NCBI GenBank assembly: GCA_038213805.1 | Contig: JBBQSO010000004.1 | Span: 32,001 to 96,000 of the forward strand | Length of the DNA stretch: 64,000 nt | Reading direction: 5' to 3' | Source of the DNA: Planctomycetota bacterium | Lineage (GTDB): Bacteria > Planctomycetota > UBA11346 | Notes under the pieces: generated by a model | Databases searched by the model: none | Told to the model about the DNA's origin: nothing | Seen by the model: the letters and a program-made list of their open reading frames with translations, nothing else | Translations under genes and position numbers: made by a program | In this document: one piece after another, positions 61,401 through 64,000 of the stretch | How the letters are laid out: each line of letters opens with the position of its first letter | Position numbering within the stretch: the stretch's first letter is position 1

Positions 61401-63772
61401 CGTAGAAGCGCCTCGCGCTCGTGGACGAGCCGGCCGATCTCCTGCCTGCGCACCTCCGCCTCCTGGCTCTGAAGGTGGCCGAGGTCGATCCTGGCCTGCA
61501 GCTCGGCCTTGAGGCGCGCGATTTCCACGCCCTGCTCGTGCAGGGACTCGGTCAAGATGGCCGAGCGATTGGCGGCTTCCGTGTTGAGGTGGAGCAGCTG
61601 CTTCTGCCGCTCGCCCAAGTTCCGGACCTCTGCATCGCGCTCATTCACCTCGTTCTGGAGGCGCTGGGTGGCAGTGAGATGCTCCTTTAGCAAGGTCTCG
61701 CGCTCGTGGATGCTGGCGGCCAAGCCTGCTTCAAGGCGTCCACTCGCGAGGAGGTGCTCCCTCAGGAGGTTTTCGCGTTCCTGCAGACTGGTGGCGAGGC
61801 TGGCCTGCAAGCCGAGTCGGCAGGCGTGCTCCCCCTCGCCCCAGGCCAGCAGCTCCACGATCCTCGCGGAGTCGCTGCGTATCGTGGCTTCGTTGGCAGT
61901 CAGCCGGGACCTATGGTCGAGGTGCTGGGTATGCTCCTGCTGCGCCCAGACGGAAACCTCCTCAAGCTTTGCCGACAGTTCGTGGATGGTGGAATCCCTT
62001 TCATCGACCGTTTTCTGTAGCTGTTGCCCCCACTCGCCCATCTCGATCATCTTGGCCGCCAACTGGCCCCGGTCGAGGTGCAGCTGGGCATTGGTCCGTT
62101 GCAGGTCCTGTGCCCACGCTGACGCCGACTGGATGGTCTTCTCCTTCGCGATCAGGGTGTCCTGAAGGGCCGCGTAGCTCATCTCCGGATCGTAGAGCAG
62201 GCCATTGATCCTCCCGGGCGGGAGCACGGTGCGACCTTTGCCGCATATGGCGATGAAAAACAGGTCGTCGATGGCGTTCGGCAGGAGCTCGCCCTGGAGT
62301 TGGAACTCTCGCTGACCCGAGTTCCAGATCGTCGAGAAGGCCATGATTCCCTGGCGGCAGAAGTCAAGAATCCTGAAGGGCTCTAGCAGTTCGCGCAATT
62401 CGCCTTCGTCGAGCTCCCTGATGTGGAAGGGATTCACCAAGCCTTTCCGCTCGGAATAGTTCTTCCGGTTTGGCGAGCTTATGACGAAAACCCCGTCCTC
62501 CTTGAGCACGCGGTGGATCTCGCCTATGAAGCGCCGCTGTGCGCCTTCATCGATGTGCTCGATGGTCTCGAATGAGACGGCCACATCGAAGTGGGCGTCC
62601 GGGAAGGGCAGATGCACGGCTTCGCCGTGGTGGAAACGGCAATTCTCGAGCGTGCCATACGTCGTGCTGGCATGCCGGATCGCGGCCGACGAGATGTCCA
62701 CGCCATCAGCGGACAACGCCCGGGCAGCCATGATCGCCGTGCCGAACCCCTCACCACAGGCCACATCGAGCACCTTCTTTCCGGCGACGAGCTCCAGCAT
62801 GGAGCGGTAGCGCAGGACGTGCTCGGCCGCGGTCTCGGGTCCGAAGTTGGCATTCTCGGGGAGGAAGCGCTCGCCGCTGTAAACCAGATCGACGTCCTCC
62901 GTCGACTTGGGATCGCGGGCCGCCAGGAGGGTGGAGGCGTACTCATAGAGCGCCAGATCGAGAGCGTTCGCCTCGCTGAGCGAGTGGTAGGTCACCTTGC
63001 CTACCTCGGCGGCGAAACGTTCGAGACGCTCCTTGAGCGCCCCCGGCGTGCTCGTCTCGTCTTGGGCTGGGGTTCTCCAGTCGATACCGGTCTCCGCGGC
63101 CGCGCACGCAGAGAACGCTTCGAGAGACGCCTCGATCCGATCGGCGATGCCGACTGCGGGCAGCTTGTCCAGGAACGCCTTCGCTGAGGTCAGATCCCCT
63201 ATGTCGGCCATGGCCGGCCGGCCGTTCCCGGGATTATGATGGCGGGCCGCCTCCGACAGGCGCAGACACTGCGCGTTGCGCATTCCGAGTGCCGCGACCG
63301 CATCGCTCAGGACCCAGGCGCAGAAGCCCTGCAGGCCGGCATCGAGGACGCACCCTGCAGAAGGTGCGGCATCTGCCGCCTTGAACGCCGCGAAGATCGT
63401 CAGGAGCCGGTCCAATGGGTTTTGCAGGAGGACGATCGGAAAGCAGCTCCGCCCCGGGGGCAGAACCGGTTCGATGAGCGGCGAGCTGAGCGCGCGGATC
63501 CCGGGATCAGCAGCGAGGATGTCCGCGAGCGCCACCGGCCCGCGGGCTTGCTGCTCGTCAGTGCCGGGGAGAATCCGGTAGGCGCCCTGGTAAGAGGCCC
63601 GGAGGAGATCGGAGATCGGTGCGTCCAGGGTGCCGGGCATCGTAAAATGGATCACGAGCGGTCCCGGGGCACCCATCCCACCCTGCCGCCGGGCGGTGTC
63701 GGGATCTGCTTGGAGCTTCGGCCGGGGCGAGCCAGCAGAGGCCCGTACGGTCCGATTGCGGGGATTCGTCAT
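58448..63772 (-). CDS. 1774-aa multidomain glycan synthase: sulfotransferase-like, SAM methyltransferase, long coiled coil, GT2, GT4
   Basis: YSGERF...H..RY...LDVACGEGFG...FETIEH; long E/L/Q/R-rich helix; IIPVYN...DDAS...LNNDT...YEDTD; PDRDAGS...HRPNIDA...GAGFKGKV. Confidence 0.88.
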   Translation of the reverse strand: MTNPRNRTVRASAGSPRPKLQADPDTARRQGGMGAPGPLVIHFTMPGTLDAPISDLLRASYQGAYRILPGTDEQQARGPVALADILAADPGIRALSSPLIEPVLPPGRSCFPIVLLQNPLDRLLTIFAAFKAADAAPSAGCVLDAGLQGFCAWVLSDAVAALGMRNAQCLRLSEAARHHNPGNGRPAMADIGDLTSAKAFLDKLPAVGIADRIEASLEAFSACAAAETGIDWRTPAQDETSTPGALKERLERFAAEVGKVTYHSLSEANALDLALYEYASTLLAARDPKSTEDVDLVYSGERFLPENANFGPETAAEHVLRYRSMLELVAGKKVLDVACGEGFGTAIMAARALSADGVDISSAAIRHASTTYGTLENCRFHHGEAVHLPFPDAHFDVAVSFETIEHIDEGAQRRFIGEIHRVLKEDGVFVISSPNRKNYSERKGLVNPFHIRELDEGELRELLEPFRILDFCRQGIMAFSTIWNSGQREFQLQGELLPNAIDDLFFIAICGKGRTVLPPGRINGLLYDPEMSYAALQDTLIAKEKTIQSASAWAQDLQRTNAQLHLDRGQLAAKMIEMGEWGQQLQKTVDERDSTIHELSAKLEEVSVWAQQEHTQHLDHRSRLTANEATIRSDSARIVELLAWGEGEHACRLGLQASLATSLQERENLLREHLLASGRLEAGLAASIHERETLLKEHLTATQRLQNEVNERDAEVRNLGERQKQLLHLNTEAANRSAILTESLHEQGVEIARLKAELQARIDLGHLQSQEAEVRRQEIGRLVHEREALLRKGQEQDAERKQLEERLGERNLEITRVLTELDTKQVQMTTQAEGLMELILAADKRLLDALEAVARHERHAADLATQLVSAFSKARIPLGATAMAQDDAQASGLIDMKALVRKCELELYRLTSEAGQTKGEYALLTRELQRIQGGHGYRMIACYWRLRDRVVPTGSRRRLLAKALFTLLRHPLRGGWCLLRGDLGWLANGLDQRWHAQRLAERPRAPRTWAARVAPRGSRARMMLEMTGTALRSPMRILAAQPLTKWRTAIRLLAHGDVAEAWMRFQQLHGEILRRHAPAIARSPAAMPAPGGFQPVRPPPVPAPASPGPSASDMTLSHSPSVEVSIIIPVYNNWALTAACLRSISEWTTGITFEIILADDASNDATHFEAGAIADLTVVRSETNLGFLRNCNLAAHRARGRWICLLNNDTQVTPGWLTELVATALGDQRIGAVGARLVFPDGRLQEAGSLVWRDGSATNWGMHCDPESPQFAHLREVDYCSAACLLVDAALFRALGGFDERFAPAFYEDTDLAFRIRAAGRTVVYQPLSTVYHHGGASCGDAPGRGIKDLQERNRTIFAAHWSAVLQAHRLPGTATTSGTGRARIARRLLVIDHQLPTPDRDAGSAFLSEFMLAFRMLGYHVCFVALAAGTPGSPAALALRRAGIEVMEPPHVPDVRALLTSQGNRFEVIAMVRHHVALSVLGDVTCHAPHAKRLFIPADLHWLRSSREAEITGDAAAAARAKREQGEELSVISTAAATVIHSSYERTLLLTHSPKSTVALLPWIVRVPTTVPAITRRRGLAFIGSFAHRPNIDAVIHLASSIWPLVRARLPDAELSIVGADPPPHIESLAGGGIRVLGHVPDLAALLAGVRATVAPLRWGAGFKGKVATSIAHGVPVVVSPVAAEGMDLSAQEVVTATSPEEFAQAIASLLGDDARWTRMSAACLTFARTHWSPDAARAQLTGLLSRLAVWPSEEISDGVRAQAIASGEPAHV

Positions 63773-63999
63773 CGCGCCATTCCTGACCGCGTGCCGGGTT
63801 TAGTCGCGATGAGCGCGAGTCCGGCGGGATATTCAATCGAGACCAAGCGGCAGTCGGCGAACCCCGCCGCGAGCACCATCGTCCACACATCAGCGCCGAA
63901 TTCGTTGTGCACGCGGAAATCCTCGGCCGCCGAGCCCGGCGCTCCGTGGTATGAGGGCTGCATCCCGGTCCGAGACCGGGTCATGCGACCGACCACGGT
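63769..63999 (-). CDS. C-terminal fragment of a probable methyltransferase-fold protein (runs off window)
   Basis: PSYHG...EFGAD.W..VLAAGF; ATGA overlap with the next gene; frame open to the edge. Confidence 0.55.
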   Translation of the reverse strand, partial: TVVGRMTRSRTGMQPSYHGAPGSAAEDFRVHNEFGADVWTMVLAAGFADCRLVSIEYPAGLALIATKPGTRSGMAR

Positions 64000-64000
64000 G

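Overview
High-GC bacterial chromosomal window, most likely Planctomycetota (inferred from the RpoA N-terminus MRIRWRGFELP and the lack of rpmD and rpsD in the spc/alpha cluster). 1-6.0 kb: end of the spc/alpha ribosomal cluster (rplF, rplR, rpsE, rplO, secY, infA, rpmJ, rpsM, rpsK, rpoA, rplQ). 6.3-16.6 kb: fba, pfk, an inverted pair of heptamer tandem arrays, mfd, a coupled HtrA pseudoprotease/protease pair and mobA. 16.7-19.9 kb (minus): response regulator, dnaK and groES behind a sigma54-like promoter, plus tRNA-Val(CAC). 20-29.5 kb: two MerR/CarH-like regulators, a renalase-like oxidoreductase, IclR, folE, rpiB, a receiver protein, an SGNH hydrolase and an O-antigen-ligase-like protein. 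29.7-64 kb (almost all minus): a large surface-glycan locus. It contains (i) an 11-ORF operon whose enzyme families match the lincosamide GDP-octose route (transaldolase, SIS isomerase, GHMP kinase, HAD phosphatase, nucleotidyltransferase, epimerase, Cys-less nucleotide-sugar dehydrogenase, Gfo/Idh/MocA) but which is wired to a polyprenyl-phosphate glycosyltransferase and a small flippase; (ii) rml genes split by a sulfotransferase and an inverted cysC; (iii) a second, parallel methyltransferase/flippase/GT2/oxidoreductase module beside a GT-C protein; (iv) wecB and a 1774-aa pseudo-sulfotransferase/methyltransferase/coiled-coil/GT2/GT4 protein. No CRISPR array, rRNA, integrase or transposase was seen. 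All calls come from reading motifs by eye; no searches were run.
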